From the NCBI GenBank assembly GCA_964035545.1, contig OZ037767.1:4790707-4854706 (forward strand): a stretch of 64,000 nt of DNA, read 5' to 3'. The position numbers and the translations under genes are program-made. Of this stretch, positions 11,877-25,600 are shown one piece after another. The notes under the pieces are model-generated. The model made no database searches. It was not told the origin of the DNA and was given only the letters and a program-made list of their open reading frames with translations. Source of the stretch: Bugula neritina. Lineage: Eukaryota > Animalia > Bryozoa. How positions within the stretch are numbered: the first letter of the stretch is position 1; each line of letters begins with the position of its first letter.

Positions 11877-14647
11877 CGTACCCTTAGGTGTACACTGATA
11901 TAGACCAAGAGAGTGTATATGCAGGTCACTTTTCTCCTGGAAAGTTACATACTTGACCATCAGTTGAAACCGTCGGTTCGTCTTGGAAATTGGAACCAGA
12001 CTATCAAAATACAAAATGAAAAGAAATAACAGCTCAACAGGTTTTCAGCACTTTCCACCTATACTTGGTATACTTTATTACATAAATAATAACATCATTG
12101 TATTATATTGGTATATATTACAAAGTACACTGTAATTCAAAGTATTACAGTATATATTACGCAGTATATACAGTATTACACAGTATTATACAGGGAAATC
12201 ATGTTAGTATATTACACGGCATATTCTGTATTACACAGGGAAATCCTGCTAGTATATATTGTACTGGGATATCATGTAATCTCACCTGTGAGATGTGTTA
12301 GTATTCAGAGTAGAGAGCAGCTCTGTATCAGTTCTATTAAATATCATGTACACACGAACTTGTGCGCCGTCTTCGGAAAAAGGGGAGTGGCTTACACTCA
12401 GCTGACAGGAAGTTGCTGTGTTGTTATCATAGCTCAAGGACATTATGTAACTGTTGTTAACTTTTGAATACAACACTTTGTCTTGTTCATCTGAAACACA
12501 TTACAGACATCCTTTCTATATTATAAAGAGTGAATTGTTAGAGTAGTTAACAGGGTGAGTTGTCATCTTTCCTCATCAATAACAACTACGTAAGGCCATT
12601 ATGTTATTTAGACTGTAATAGTAACAATTTTACAACTAATAGAATAGATAAATTCAAGAGCTTGATAAATCAACATTATCTTGTGTAAATAATATAACGT
12701 AAATAATATAACGTAGAATATTATTATATATTAAATAAACCAACCACACTATTATTGCTAATACAGATGATGGCTATACTATAAACATCACAAAAATATA
12801 CTGATTGAAATTAATAATATGACTGCATAGTTATGCAAATAATGGCACTGGAAGTACTATATAAATAATATTTGAGGCATTATAGATGATATTGATTGTA
12901 GGTATTTCAGGTGTTGACTGTATTGCATGTATTACAGATGATGACTGTAAATGCTCCAAATGATGCTACTGCAAGTAAAACCTCCAATATTTCCAGACAA
13001 TAACAAGGAATCCTAAACTCCAGGCCTCATTCTACCTAATGGCTCGTGGTTTCTTTCATTTGGTGAAACTTTAAAAACTGCAACCTACCCATACGAATGT
13101 ACTTGAAGCAACCAACTGTGTGCACATAGCAGTAGATAAGAAGATGAATGAATCTCAATTAATAATGATTTTTTGTGGGACATTTAAATGGTGCTATCTG
13201 TATTAAAGCAGTACATTTTTTATATAAATTGAATCATTGTTTATTTAAGAATGGCCTAATTGTAGAAAAATTATAAATCATGAGTTATCACTCTGTGCAA
13301 TACTTCACTCTTATTACCTACTCAAATTAATTACTTTTTTAAAAAGTATAAGTAGCAGTCATCCTCTATATTGATTCATAGAGGGCACAACTCTTAAATC
13401 CAATTTAGATAACAATAATATTAAAGAGATAAAGAGGTTTTGCGCACCGACAGCTCTATCTAAACTTAAACAGTGGTCTACTCCGGTTTTCTAACATACA
13501 AATAAGAGCAACATTTCATCTAATGTAAAACCAGGAGTAATCTATAAATGTAATTATCTCGACTTATTATAAACCAAGTCAATTGAATCAAATTAGAAAA
13601 CAGGAAGGCACGTTACAAATCAAAAATGAAAACTCAGGTTAAAATCGAAGAAATGAGTTAGTAAAGTGGCTGGAGGCAGCGTATTGGAAAGAGGCAGCAT
13701 GCCATAAAACTAACAAGTAGTACGTAATAAGATTGTGAATAATTTATGAGACTGAGAGAAAACACACCTGATCTCTATTTGAAATCAATAAAACTCACTG
13801 AAACACACAGATGTACTGAGGATACGAGTATTTTAGAGCAAAAACTGTAGACTTGCAGGCTACAGCTCTACCAGAAACTGTGTATAATGACTTAACACTT
13901 GAGTGTTGTGTAAGAGCACGTGCCAAGTCAACTTGGTAATTAGTACCCTTGCTGTCAGTGTGGATGCATTTAACGCATCTGTTACAAGTCATTAGCACCC
14001 ACACCATGCAGCATTACTCAGAGTGTAACAACTTTTGTTGACACCTGAAGTCATTTCAGTATAAAATCTAGACAGGATGTTACAGCTGTCTATAAACAAA
14101 TCAATATGCGAGTGTACGAGATGACAACAGCTATGAATAGATTACAAGAAATGTCAAGTTTTTGTGAAAATATTCAATATGCAGCTTTAAATTTTCAAGG
14201 AGATACGACTGACACTGTATAATAGGACATACACACACTGTGTATAGTATACAATGCATATAATATACACTGCATATAATATACACAGCATATAATATAC
14301 ACTGCATATAATATACACTGCATATAATATACACAGGGTATAGTATACACAGCGTATAATATACACTGCATATAATATACACTGCATATAATATACACTG
14401 CATATAATGTATGTGCGTGTGTGTGCGTTGGTATAATGTATATTTGCATAGCATATATTCATATATAACCCATGCATATCATCATATCATATACATGTAG
14501 ATATAGAGTTGCACTACCTGAAATAGTCTTCTTAGAAAACCCATAACTATTCCACAAACACAAGTCCCCAGCTAGCTGACAGGATTGTAGGACATCAACA
14601 CTTATCCCAAGTAATATAATAACCACTGAGCTCCAAACCCTGCTCAT
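1906..14647 (-). CDS. ALK: ALK/LTK-family receptor tyrosine kinase, extracellular region (signal peptide, two divergent MAM-like modules, TNF-like/glycine-rich domain); 3' part lies beyond the window start
   Basis: Phase-consistent exons: 14647-14518, 12490-12286, 12000-11882, 11710-11609, 11070-10973, 10473-10295, 9665-9529, 5345-5177, 3928-3727, 3094-3008, 2788-2626, 2103-1906. Signal peptide MSRVWSSVVIILLGISVDVLQSC. MAM-like motifs: CQLAGDLCLW, ATLTSPIF..C, IANISISDKC. ALK/LTK motifs: WFTTCDSTGRAGPTNTQC, GVQVWNVPET, YGATGG, LYIVVGQAG, GGGGGGGGAS, LAVAGGGGG, GGFGGGGGGCTAGGGGGGYNG. No transmembrane or kinase exons are visible in the window. Confidence 0.85.
2142..2272. repeat. Degenerate ~16-bp minisatellite (GACACATTATTGTATA-like)
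   Basis: About 8 imperfect copies of cattattgtatag in an ALK intron. Confidence 0.8.
3138..3237. repeat. Imperfect (CA)n/(CACG)n microsatellite
   Basis: Directly visible; explains the His/Thr-rich spurious ORF 3123..3332. Confidence 0.9.
8155..8245 (-). CDS. Candidate alternative first coding exon (signal peptide) of the ALK/LTK-like gene
   Basis: ATG at 8245 gives MLLLTLLAFLEALSGADIVYAEGVTVANRS, then a consensus donor A|GTAAGT. The 91-nt, phase-1 exon is compatible with the acceptor at 5345. An in-frame upstream ATG lies at 8281. Confidence 0.55.
9032..9128 (+). repeat. Dispersed repeat fragment, copy 1
   Basis: cttcttttgctacatttctaatctaaaacacaagtttttttcaatttctttattactgcac closely matches 48205-48265. 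Confidence 0.75.
11795..11874. repeat. (AT)n microsatellite, about 40 units
   Basis: Perfect AT run directly after the ALK exon 3 donor. Confidence 0.98.
14218..14408. repeat. 16-bp minisatellite (ACTGCATATAATATAC), about 11 copies
   Basis: Directly visible tandem array; explains three overlapping spurious ORFs. Confidence 0.93.
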
Positions 14648-16089
14648 TTCTTTCAAATCTAGAAAAAAAGATAACAAAATATTGTAAGAGCCTAATATTA
14701 TAATATGAATTATACTCTATTTTAATATCATAATGATCATAATTAAATTATTGCGTACAGTATAATAAGCAACTACCATAATGTATTGTTATTATAACAC
14801 GTATAGTTTATGTTACTCTACGAGAATATTAAAATTGCCTGCAGGTAAATATTGCAGTTTTATTTATTTATGAACTATTATTGAAAAGTGGACTTGTAAC
14901 CTCTGGGCGTTGTCATGACCCTATTATAGTACCATGCAATACAGAAAAAACAAAGACAGTATATCATAGTGTTGAGCCTACAGTATGATATGTACAACAC
15001 TAAAGGGCCCTGACTTCTAAGGGTATTAACACCTTAACATATTTAAATATTTTACAAAAGGTTATATAGTAGAGAACAGCTAAGCGATCCCCTGTGCTTT
15101 TATATTATGCTAATTTTGTGATGCTAAGACACCCGGTGGTAATGCATATGCATGTCTATTCCCGCAGCAAGAATAAGAAATATTAAAACACTGCATAAGC
15201 CCCAATACCTGATCAAAGCATGCATGCAGTTAAGTGATCTTGCATTGTGTGCAGCTAGCAACAGCTGCGAATTATTGCCTTGACTCCTGCCTTGTAATCT
15301 ATAATCTACACTTGAAGCAGTACTGATAAATTCAAGTTTAATACATCTGCGTAGATTAACATAATAAAACATTTACAACTTTAAACAATGAATATACCGA
15401 TAAATTGGTTTAAATAAATGATTAATGAACCCCCTTAGTGCATGCAGCTAGATTACGGAAATTTTTCAATTTTAGAGATAGTGACCTTTCTTGTTACTCA
15501 TTTAAAGTTATCTCCCTATTACGTCAAGTTGACTTTATAGTTTAAACAGTGTAACTCAAAACATGACATTTTCACCTTAATCAGTGAAGGAAGTCCCCGT
15601 CTTTGTAGGGTAAAAATGATGCATCAAGTTGGTTGTCAGTTCCCAGTGCCTTGCGTCATCTTATGTTAACATAAGAATTTATTTGGCATAGTATTACAGT
15701 AAGCAAACAAGCAACTCTTTTATATTTGCACGTACATTTCACATTATTTTATCAGATTAATGGCTAGCTCATATGATTAGCATCTGTACGTGAAAATCTG
15801 TCTGTACAATCATGCATAGTGTCTGAAAATACTCATCTCCGAGTCACCTAGATACATTTTTGTAATTCTTTCTAATTTTCTCAGTAACCAGATGACTGAA
15901 TTTGTAATGTATAATAAAGCAATAGCTATATGTACATTGTTATGTAATTATATCCCAATAAGTGATGACTATAACTGTTAACTGTTACCAATTCCGTACA
16001 TCTGATTCGAAATTATATACAGCACATTGCTTGCAATCACTTTTCTTCCACTAGTGGTCCTCTCTTAGTCATGCCTAACTATAAATAGT

Positions 16090-16800
16090 GACACCCTTTG
16101 TCCTTGTGTGACTGTACAAGTATGACAAAGGTCACATTCTTCCCAGACATGGTGGCTGCCAAATCTGTCCTGCAAGTGTATCTCTCTTTCTTGGTAACTG
16201 GCAGCTCTGCGGCAGCCCGTTGCGTCACCTGACATCGTCAATATCTATTTGGTGTCAATTCCCTTCCTATTATCAAACTTCCTTATATCCAGACTTTGGG
16301 TGACTTCCTTGACCATTTTCGAGCCCCTGTGAAGGTCATTCGGAATTCTACCAGCTGCTAATCGGTGAACTAGAAATTGCAGCGTAGTAATCGCAGCAAG
16401 GTGTACATGCTGGGGAGGCCATAATAAGGCTTCTGTGCTGGTAACCGTGTCTCGCCAGGAGATACAGTTATGTAGACTTTTAGGATGAAATATGTTTAGC
16501 TTCTTCTCTGGACAAGCGCATCCGGTCCAAGTTTTGCTGGCACATAGCGGAGTGCTAACACTGTAGCCATCTTTATTTCAATCATCAACTTGGTTCACAC
16601 TCCACTTCTTATAAGCTTTACGCAAATGTATTGATGTTTAGGAGCAAAACTAATTTTGCACTTGAACTGACCAAACACAGCTGATGGTGACTGAACGATT
16701 AGAATACAAATATCTGTACAAGTCTGCCCTAGATGCTAGAAATTGACTGTTTGTTTGGACGTTTGTCTAGTAGCTAACATGCTAAATTGAAATGTTTTGA
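16090..16800 (-). mobile_element. Possible highly degraded DNA-transposon (piggyBac-like) relic
   Basis: GC-richer island. Minus-strand fragments LDKRP, AYKKWSVNQVDD and RCQV...KKERYTCR occur in the order expected for a piggyBac transposase C-terminus. Many stops and frameshifts; no terminal repeats found. Confidence 0.25.
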
Positions 16801-17337
16801 CATAGCTCTGAAGGCACCATTGTAGTTAGAATACCTGTAGACATACTGGACTTCATGTGTTTTAGTACATGCAGTTGGCAGGTAAAAATATTAGAGAGGT
16901 CAGCTGAATATGAGATTTGAGAGTTGTGCTATTACTAGCCAGGAGTTGTTGGTAGAGTCCATCTATTTTATTAAAAATATAATTTATAAAGATGTTTGAT
17001 TTTTCAATATAAATTGTAAAGTCTAGGATATAATCTGCAGAAAAACTGAAAAAATAGCTGAGACACAACTACAAAACTATACCCACTCAGTTTTTAGTTC
17101 TTCTTTTGTTGCGTTACAACGTTACAACTTTGTGACTGTCAATATATTATGCATAGAATGAAAAATCAGTTTTTATTCATAAAAAGATTTAAATATCAAT
17201 ACTGAAACTTTTGCAAAAGTAACTGGGAATTTTATATATTTGCTGCATATAAAACCTTCATAACTTCACAACATTTAAATAAATCATGTCACTTTTTAGC
17301 TGCAGTAGTTCTAACATATACAGCTAGAGTAGTACAC

Positions 17338-17479
17338 CAGTACACTTACAGTAAGACTGTAAGTGTATTACTTACACCAGCACACTTACAGTAAGACTGT
17401 AAGTGTATTCCTTACACCAGCACACTTACAGTAAGACTGTAAGTGTATTACTTACACCTGCACACTTACAGTAACTGTA
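17338..17479. repeat. 40-bp tandem repeat x3.5 with an internal palindrome
   Basis: Unit CAGCACACTTACAGTAAGACTGTAAGTGTATTACTTACAC contains the inverted repeat ACACTTACAGT-AAG-ACTGTAAGTGT. Confidence 0.93.
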
Positions 17480-20189
17480 TTGGAAGATAATGCTCTGCAT
17501 CTAACTATAAACACAAGATTCAGAGCTGGTCACAGGTGGGGCTCAAACGAGATCATTATTAAAAAATAAGAGCCAAACAATACTGCGGTGATGAGGAAAT
17601 AATAAATAATATAATGACTGAAGTGATACTTATTGAATATGGTTTGACCCAGAATGTGTCTGATTAATTACAATAATTGTGGCTAGGAATTGACTAATTA
17701 GTGGCTGTGGCATTCCCCCTTCTTTTTCAATACTTCCAATGGCAATCAATTTATGAAAAAGAAATGTTTTTGAAAACTGTTAGAAAGGTTTTGAAAGCAA
17801 ATAAAGCAACCTAAATTAATACATAATTAGAATATTTACAAAAGTTGCACAGAAATCATATCTTTCAGTAACATAGATATGAATACAGGGTCTAAAGTAG
17901 AAGGGGAATGGATTAGATTTAATAAATTTGGCTACACAAGATAGGTTTAGTTGTTAGGCTCACTTTAATATAGACACAATTTGCATTGCATTAATGTAAA
18001 GGAATCATATTACTTAGTAATGATTAGGCTGATATTTGTTCAAAAATGATAACCTATCTATTATATTAAATAATAATATAATATTATATTAAATAATGAT
18101 AAAAAATATAAAAATGATATATTATAATATAATAAATGATGGTTTAATAATACATTTAGTAATTCTTACCTTTTTACATGTAAATATAAGTAGGTACATG
18201 GGGTACCTACAGAGTATGTACAATTATTATACTTTGCTTGCACTATATTATTATTATATGAAGTACATTGTAGTTATTGCAAGCATCGATATACTAGACT
18301 ATATAATACTATAGTGCATAGATAACGGTACAATATATATAATATAATTATAGTATTCATACCCCAGAATTTATATTTAATACAATTATCACTGCTATAC
18401 ATCCAAATAAATTACAGTAATTTAAATGAGATATAATTTTACAACAGCTAAGCTGAAGTTACTGCTAATACATATAATTGTAACTCTAGAAGTCTTTTCT
18501 ATCACCTATATACAATATAATTATAGATATTTCAAGATAGCTACTATAACTGATTTGTCACAGCATGTATTTCTTTCAAGGAAGGCATATGTACTCACCA
18601 GTGTAGTGTAGTTAAACTCTGTTGTATCTAATAGCACAGCTTTCAGCCTTAATTATCCTGGCCGTGCCCTGATAAATTGTGGTACTAGAAAAGTAATAAC
18701 ATGAATTTATATTCTATTGATGTGTTATTGACTAGCAGCTTAGACTGGGCTCCCACCACTTAGTAAACAATGCTCACATTAACTATACAGTTGTATAGAG
18801 TGTGGGCCAATCAGAGTAGGTCCACAGTATAATGATAGAGGCAGCTGTAGATAGCATGCATTATGACAAGCATGTATACCTGAAGATTAAGTGTGCCTAG
18901 ATAGTAGCAGCTCTATCGCAGAGATCGTGCTCATAACAATGCAAGCAGTATAAAATAAACTTGGCTGATGGGTATTTAACTACTATTTGCTGGCCTACAC
19001 GACCACATTTTTTATTCTGTTAACCCACAACTGTAAATGTATACCATTTTGTATAATATTCAGACCAATATGCCTGTCACTAGCATATTTATATCGTTAG
19101 GATTTACCGATCTTAATCAATATAATACATTGTGCAATTTAGAGAGACAAAACTGATTTAAAAAGCTATAATGAGTTTGGATTGTTTTTTGCTATCCTAT
19201 ATATAGTATAAGATTTATTTTTAAGATACGTGTATTATTTTTATATATTAGCAAATTCAGTGAATTTTAAACTTTCTGATGATACAAACTGTTAACTTTA
19301 TCATTTCTATCAACAATGAAATGTTGGGGGAAATCAAATCACCGGGATAAAATTACAATGTACATTAATTTACAAAAAACGGTATATAAATGTAATAGAT
19401 TAAGATATGATCGGTTATTAAAATTAAACATTCTTTTCAATGTGAAAGCTTTTGGAGACTGATAGTAAAAAGCCCTAATGGCAAAATAGTAGGAGTGCAG
19501 CTGAAAACTTAGGCTACTTAACTGAGCCTTAAGCTATTCATCTAACAGTAAGGCTGTTCAGCTGAGATCACAGTTTGGAACTCAGGTTATTAAGTTGAGA
19601 CCTCAGGCTATTATCTGTATAACATAACATTGCCCTGCTACAGCCAATAGCAAATCTGCAAAGTTTAAAGCTGCTAAAGAACCGGATGCAATGATTTAAG
19701 GAACTCATCCTAAATCAAGCTTTAAACAAATTCCTATAAAAGTGATGAACTGTATGGAAACAGGAGTTAGAGCTAAGAATGTGCTGATTGAGCAGTAAAT
19801 GGGGTTCTAGCAAGCATTACCATATAAAAAAGGCCCAAGCTAAAACCCTGAGGTTATGTTGACATTGTCATCACGGTGGTCTACAAATTTCATCACATGC
19901 AGTTTTTGTTTACAAAATCTTAACCTTGACTTCAACTTGAAACAAAAACACAAAACAGTATGTAGGCCAAAGTTGACATAAGTTTAGTTAAACCAAAGGA
20001 AGATATGAGCAGTTGACTATTTTAGCAAATTTTGAAAAAACTAAATTTTTGCCCAAAATAGTGACTAGCGTTATTTATAATAGAACACCAAATGAGGTTA
20101 CATGTGTCAATGCAAATTGCATTTCGAGCCCTGTATCTTATACCAAAGGTTTCATGTAAACAAAATTATGTATATATACAGTATAGGCA

Positions 20190-20290
20190 GTGGTAAAAAG
20201 TTATTAGAGGAAGGGAGAAGGAGCAGAAGGTAGGCAGAGAGAGGGTGCATGGATGCAGTCAAGAAGGATATAGAAATTAAATAAGAATAA
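20190..20290 (+). mobile_element. Degenerate 3' fragment of an RTE-clade LINE
   Basis: Translates GRRSRR*AERGCMDAVKKDI, resembling the G.R.RGRP..RW.D.VK.D motif that ends RTE-type ORFs. Confidence 0.45.
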
Positions 20291-22527
20291 TGAAGTGTGC
20301 TATCCAAGAGATGACTTTACAGTCTCAGTCAATATTAACAGAATGGTATAACTTAAGAACTTCCAGTGTTCCCCCTAGAATTAATGAGCAGTGATGAATT
20401 TCCAAGTAGAGTTTTCACAGTTGAATGTGTGATTGCTTTTACAAAAAGTGACGTTCCTTTAACAAATTGTTGGTAGCAGCATTTGGGCAAACATACTATA
20501 CCACCTTGCTTGTAAATGGACAGGAAGTAAATTTAATTGTTGAAATTTTTAATTTAGACAAAACATTTTAGTTTTTTAAATTTATCAAACTTGTATAGAT
20601 TTAACCTCTATTTTACATTTTTCAAATTGATGTAAGCTCTAACTTTTAACTTTAAACCGTTTTTGGTGGAAGAGTAAAGTATATGGCTTATGCTTAGAAA
20701 ATCTCTTGTCATATGCGCCTAGAGTGAACCCCAATAATTTCAAGATGTCTTCTATCAAATTATAAGAAGTTGTAAGAACACGCAGTCCTTGCTTTATGAA
20801 GTGGCACGTGGCAGTGCATTTTCAATGTAGTTTTGATTACTAAGCAAACAAGCTGTGTGCAGTCAATAGATATTCAGTTACAATTACAATTTACTTATGC
20901 TCTGCATGTTGAAACGTATTTATTAACAGGCAACATGGCACAAAATATATAAAACGTGATATGTAGCAAATTAGTTGAGAGAGCTTATTTTGATCTTTCT
21001 CAAGACCTGGGATTTTAGGTTAATAAAGAAAACATAGTTCAGTCTGTGATGATTTATTTTTGTCTTCAACAAATGGCTAGATTACCAAAAGATAATTTTT
21101 TTTTAAAAATACCAAACAAAGATTTCAAAATCTACATATTCTGCTGCAAATGCAAAGCAAAATAAAATAATTTCACCAGTTTTGAAATTAATGTGAATTG
21201 TTTAGCAGCTGCATCTCAATAGAAATTTATTCATTTATTAGAACTGAAATCATGATAAATGGTCAACTCAAACTATAATTTAGTTTTTTTAATGAATATA
21301 ATTCAATTTCATGCAACAAAAAATAATTATGCCTTTGTAAAAAGACATGCTAACTAATAGCTAATATTTTTTATACAAAACTATTTTATTAACATTAAAG
21401 AGTAAGTTAAAGCTGAGCTTCAATAAGAGTTACTTTGAGTTGTAACTATAGATTTGGGAAACAACTTTTTTTATTAGCAGAGTATTCTAGAGCAATCCAT
21501 TCATTGAGTTATAAGTTATAAAAATGATACTGTTTAAACTTTTTCGTGCTTAAAAGCATAAAATGAATCTAAGAGTTAGCATAGCTATGGATATTTCTTC
21601 CATATTGATGATTGCTTATAATTACGAACAAGGAGCTAGTTAATATAGGAGGTGGCTAAAAGTTACAGAGAAACAAATTATGAGCAATAATTTTATAGGC
21701 AAAGGAAAAATTGAATTAGTAAATTTATCTGTAGTTTAACATGCAACTAGAATATGATTCAATAAAACATGTATAAAACATGATGTAGAGGTCATTGAAC
21801 TCAACTATTATTTAACAGCTACATTTAAACTATTAATAAGGTATTCTCATTATAGTAAGTCTGCTTCACTGAAGGTAGACTTCATTGCTATCTAAATATA
21901 GCATGTTTGTTTGAAGTGGGTACAAATGAAAATCGCAGTTCTAAATAAAATATATAAAGGAAAAGCTATGTTCCTGAGAAAAGTTAAACTTGAAACTCTA
22001 ACTGAAATGCAAAAGAAAGAAAGAAAGATCTTGAGCGAATAAAATTTCTCAGTTGCCGCAACTAGATGGTTCGCATCTTACAATATATAACTATGTTGAT
22101 GTTAACGTACAATACACTTACACTTTACAGACGATGATTTACCAGAGTAGGTCTGTTAACTTACCAATAGTCAGTACATCTGATATCATATACCACTTCT
22201 GGTTGCACTCAGTACAACTACCAGAGTAAAGGCCATGTACTGAAGCAGCCGAATTATATAAAAGAAAAGAGATGGAGCCATTGTGCAACAATTACAATGA
22301 CAGGAGACATGTCAAGAACCTTGCAGCTGATGTCAGTTGGTTATACCACAAGACATAATGCTTGCTGCAACTCTGAGTAAATTGACAATGACAACTTGCT
22401 TTCTCATTCATATCAATGTCTTCACTTCCGATCATTTACAATTGTAAAAGGATGAATAACAGAATTGGTAAACCATTACCTCTGCTAATAACAAAACTAG
22501 TGGTAAAGTTTATTATATCAACAACTG

Positions 22528-22683
22528 CTTCAGAAAGTGTAGTACAAGTAAAATTGGTCATGCAAAACGAACCTAGATGAGTTAAATTTTAAATGTTTAA
22601 ATGTTAAATTTGACAATTTCTTCAGAAAGTGCAGCACAAATAAAATTCGTCTTGCAAAATTAAAATAAATGAGTTAATTCTAA
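22528..22683. repeat. Diverged ~60-bp direct duplication
   Basis: cttcagaaagtgtagtacaagtaaaattggtcatgcaaaa...atgagttaa at 22528 and cttcagaaagtgcagcacaaataaaattcgtcttgcaaaa...atgagttaa at 22620. Confidence 0.75.
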
Positions 22684-25600
22684 TTTACACCGTTTTGTCT
22701 CAATGCTATTTGCTGAAATATATAAAATACTGCCACACCTGCAGTTTTACTATGAATAATATAAAGCCTACACTTGACTGTAAAGAGAACTATGTGAAAT
22801 ACATCCACACTGATAAAAAAACTTTAGCTGGGTTTTACACACAAGAGTCTTGTAGTGCGAGCTTCTTTTAAAATAATGTGGTGCACACCAAATCTTCAGG
22901 CTGTTGTATATCTATAATGTTCTCATTTAACTTGCTCCTTTATCACCTGTAGTTGTACTATAGAGTATAGAACACATCTTGGAGATAGAATGGTAAGTAG
23001 GGGAGACAACTGAGACTGAAAGCACATGCTCATTTCATCAACATATAATTTGAAGCTTGTCTTTTCTGATTCGTGGAATAAGGTTTGTATTCTAGTCACA
23101 AACAGATTATCTAGGCTCAAAATTTTGACAGTGAGAAGTCTCATTTGGGTCTATTTACAGAAAATGGTAATGAAATATTTAGAAAAGAGGTATGGGCATG
23201 TAGAAATGGTTATAGTCTTGGGCATCTAGGTTAATTGTTCAATATATAGAAAACTAAAATGAAAGAGACACATCTTGCATTTTACCTGCCAATAGATCAA
23301 CTTATACCTGAATATCCAGGCATGTGACAAGCATGAATACAGTGGATATGAATAGCAGTGTATTAAAAGGTATAACTGCCTGAAGTAAATACAAGTTAAA
23401 TACTATAGCATACATGGGTGTCAGGGTGAAGGTTTCCACTGCATCTAGTCATCAAAATCTACCAATATGAGGAATGGATGCCTTAATAACCTCATGCAGC
23501 ACATACCAAACAAATATGCACATGTAGGCAATTAGCTCTTGTAGATACTCACTTAAGTGTCATTTAACTATCAATAAGATGCCGAAATGTCAAAACTGCC
23601 CAATCAGACTGCAATTTATAGCTGAAACATAGCCGTAGAAGTCCCAGAATGTAATACTACTTATGAATGGCTGTTTGGGACTAGAGATGGTGAATCTACA
23701 ACAGCCTTATTTACTGAATTTATAAAGACAAGTCTGGCTGTTAAGCTATTTTTGAGAGTTGAAGTGCATATTACTATGAAAAGGTGAAACATAACTGGGT
23801 TTTGATTGTAATGAGCTACTAGATGTGAAGAAACTTTACTAAAAGTGTAGTGCTATATTATGCTACTACAAAACAATCATCTGCAGCTAGTCTTTTGAAA
23901 GCCAAGATGACAATAAGATATTTTACTAACTAGAGATAAAGAGTTGTATTATTTTATTATCCTTTGATTACCCATAATATATTGTAAACAATTCTCTTTT
24001 CCTGTTCATCATAAAATAAAATATAATGGTTTTGTGAATTACAACTCTATATATTTCCTTGCAATAATTAACATTACTAAGATGACATCAGCCTTTATTT
24101 CAACAAAATAAAACTGAAGTGTTTGGAAGTTGCACTAACCAATATGTAAAATCGTTTAAAAGCCACCAATTGCATTTACCATGCAAACATTTTTATACCA
24201 ATTACCACAATCCTATTATAATAATTAGCTTATTTGAAATTAATAAAAAAAACTACAGAAACAATTTTCAACATTAGGAAGCTTGGAGAATGAATTAAAT
24301 ATTGAGATATTCTTATTTAAAAAGATTAGGAGAACCATTGCTTTTTTCTCAGCCCGGAACCCAGAAGGCAGAACAAAGTACAGACAGCCACAGCTGTGCA
24401 AGTCAACACTGTATCCAGGGGCTGCATAGTCTGGACTATAAATATCCAGAATACAAGGTGAACAATCTTTCTGCAAGTTCTCTGTGAACGATAGCCCTAA
24501 TTATGTCAAATTAATTTTTTTGCACAAATCTTTCAACACCAGAGAAATGTGTGCTGAGCAGAAGAGTACAGTACAGGGTACAGTAATTGGTGTAAAGAGT
24601 ATAAGTATTTGTAAGTACTTTTGATCAGCCACGTGCATGTAGTGTAACCATGAAGACCTCGGCAATCTTTCAACACCGCATTCCTAGCAGACACAGCATT
24701 GCTAAGCCGTGTGAACATGGGAGAGTCTAATTAGTGTTGAATAGCTCGGCCCTCTTTGCCTATCACCTTGCATTATCCAGCATTATAACTTTTAGTCAGC
24801 TATTACAGCTGATGCTATGAAGCTTGTGCTCCTTGCAGCTTCAGTATAAGTTTCCATTATCCTCAGAATCAATTTTGTAACAATAGGTTTGGTTTTTCTG
24901 ATATAGTACGACTCAAATAATCGGTATTTCCAACAATTTTTGCAACTGCCATTATGCCTCCAAATATACAAAGCTCCTTCCAGCATTAAGTGAACAAATT
25001 TGGGAGCTCAAAACCTATGCTGAAAATACAAAGCATCTTCAATATTACCAACACCAGGCAGGTACTAGAGAAAACCTCTAGGCTGTGCATGGGGACGGAA
25101 TTCAATTGCACAGCTCCATAGTTCCATGTGCATATATTCATTTAAACTCTTATTGAAACAAATTCTTAAACCACAGGGTTAGAGATTGAAAAAGTCTTAT
25201 ATAAATAATTTAAAATGTAAAAGCTGAACATACTTCCTAGGAAAATAAAATGACAATTTAAAATGGAAGAGTGCTAAATGCTTCATAGAAGTTGCTTTCA
25301 CACAATAACTTATATGAGTTCTAATTGGTATGCTTGAACGTTTGTAATAGTCAATGTATTAGAATATTGAATTATTGGACACAAATAAACATAAACATAC
25401 AGACACCCTGATCTTACAAAGAAGAACCAACTCAAAATCTATGTCACCAGCTTCCCCCCCCCCACCCCACAGTTTACAACCTGCAGCCACACTGTCCTAT
25501 TATTATGGTTGCCCACGTATAAAACAATGTAACTTTAGTTACAACGTAAACTATATTTTACTATAAAATGTTAAAAAAGTTGTAAAGATAAAATTTGTAA

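Noticed and set aside
14131-14477. Three overlapping Cys/Tyr-rich ORFs
   Set aside because: They are products of the 16-bp minisatellite.
17338-17479. CRISPR-like palindromic repeats
   Set aside because: Units are directly adjacent with near-identical linkers; there are no unique spacers, no cas genes, and the context is eukaryotic.
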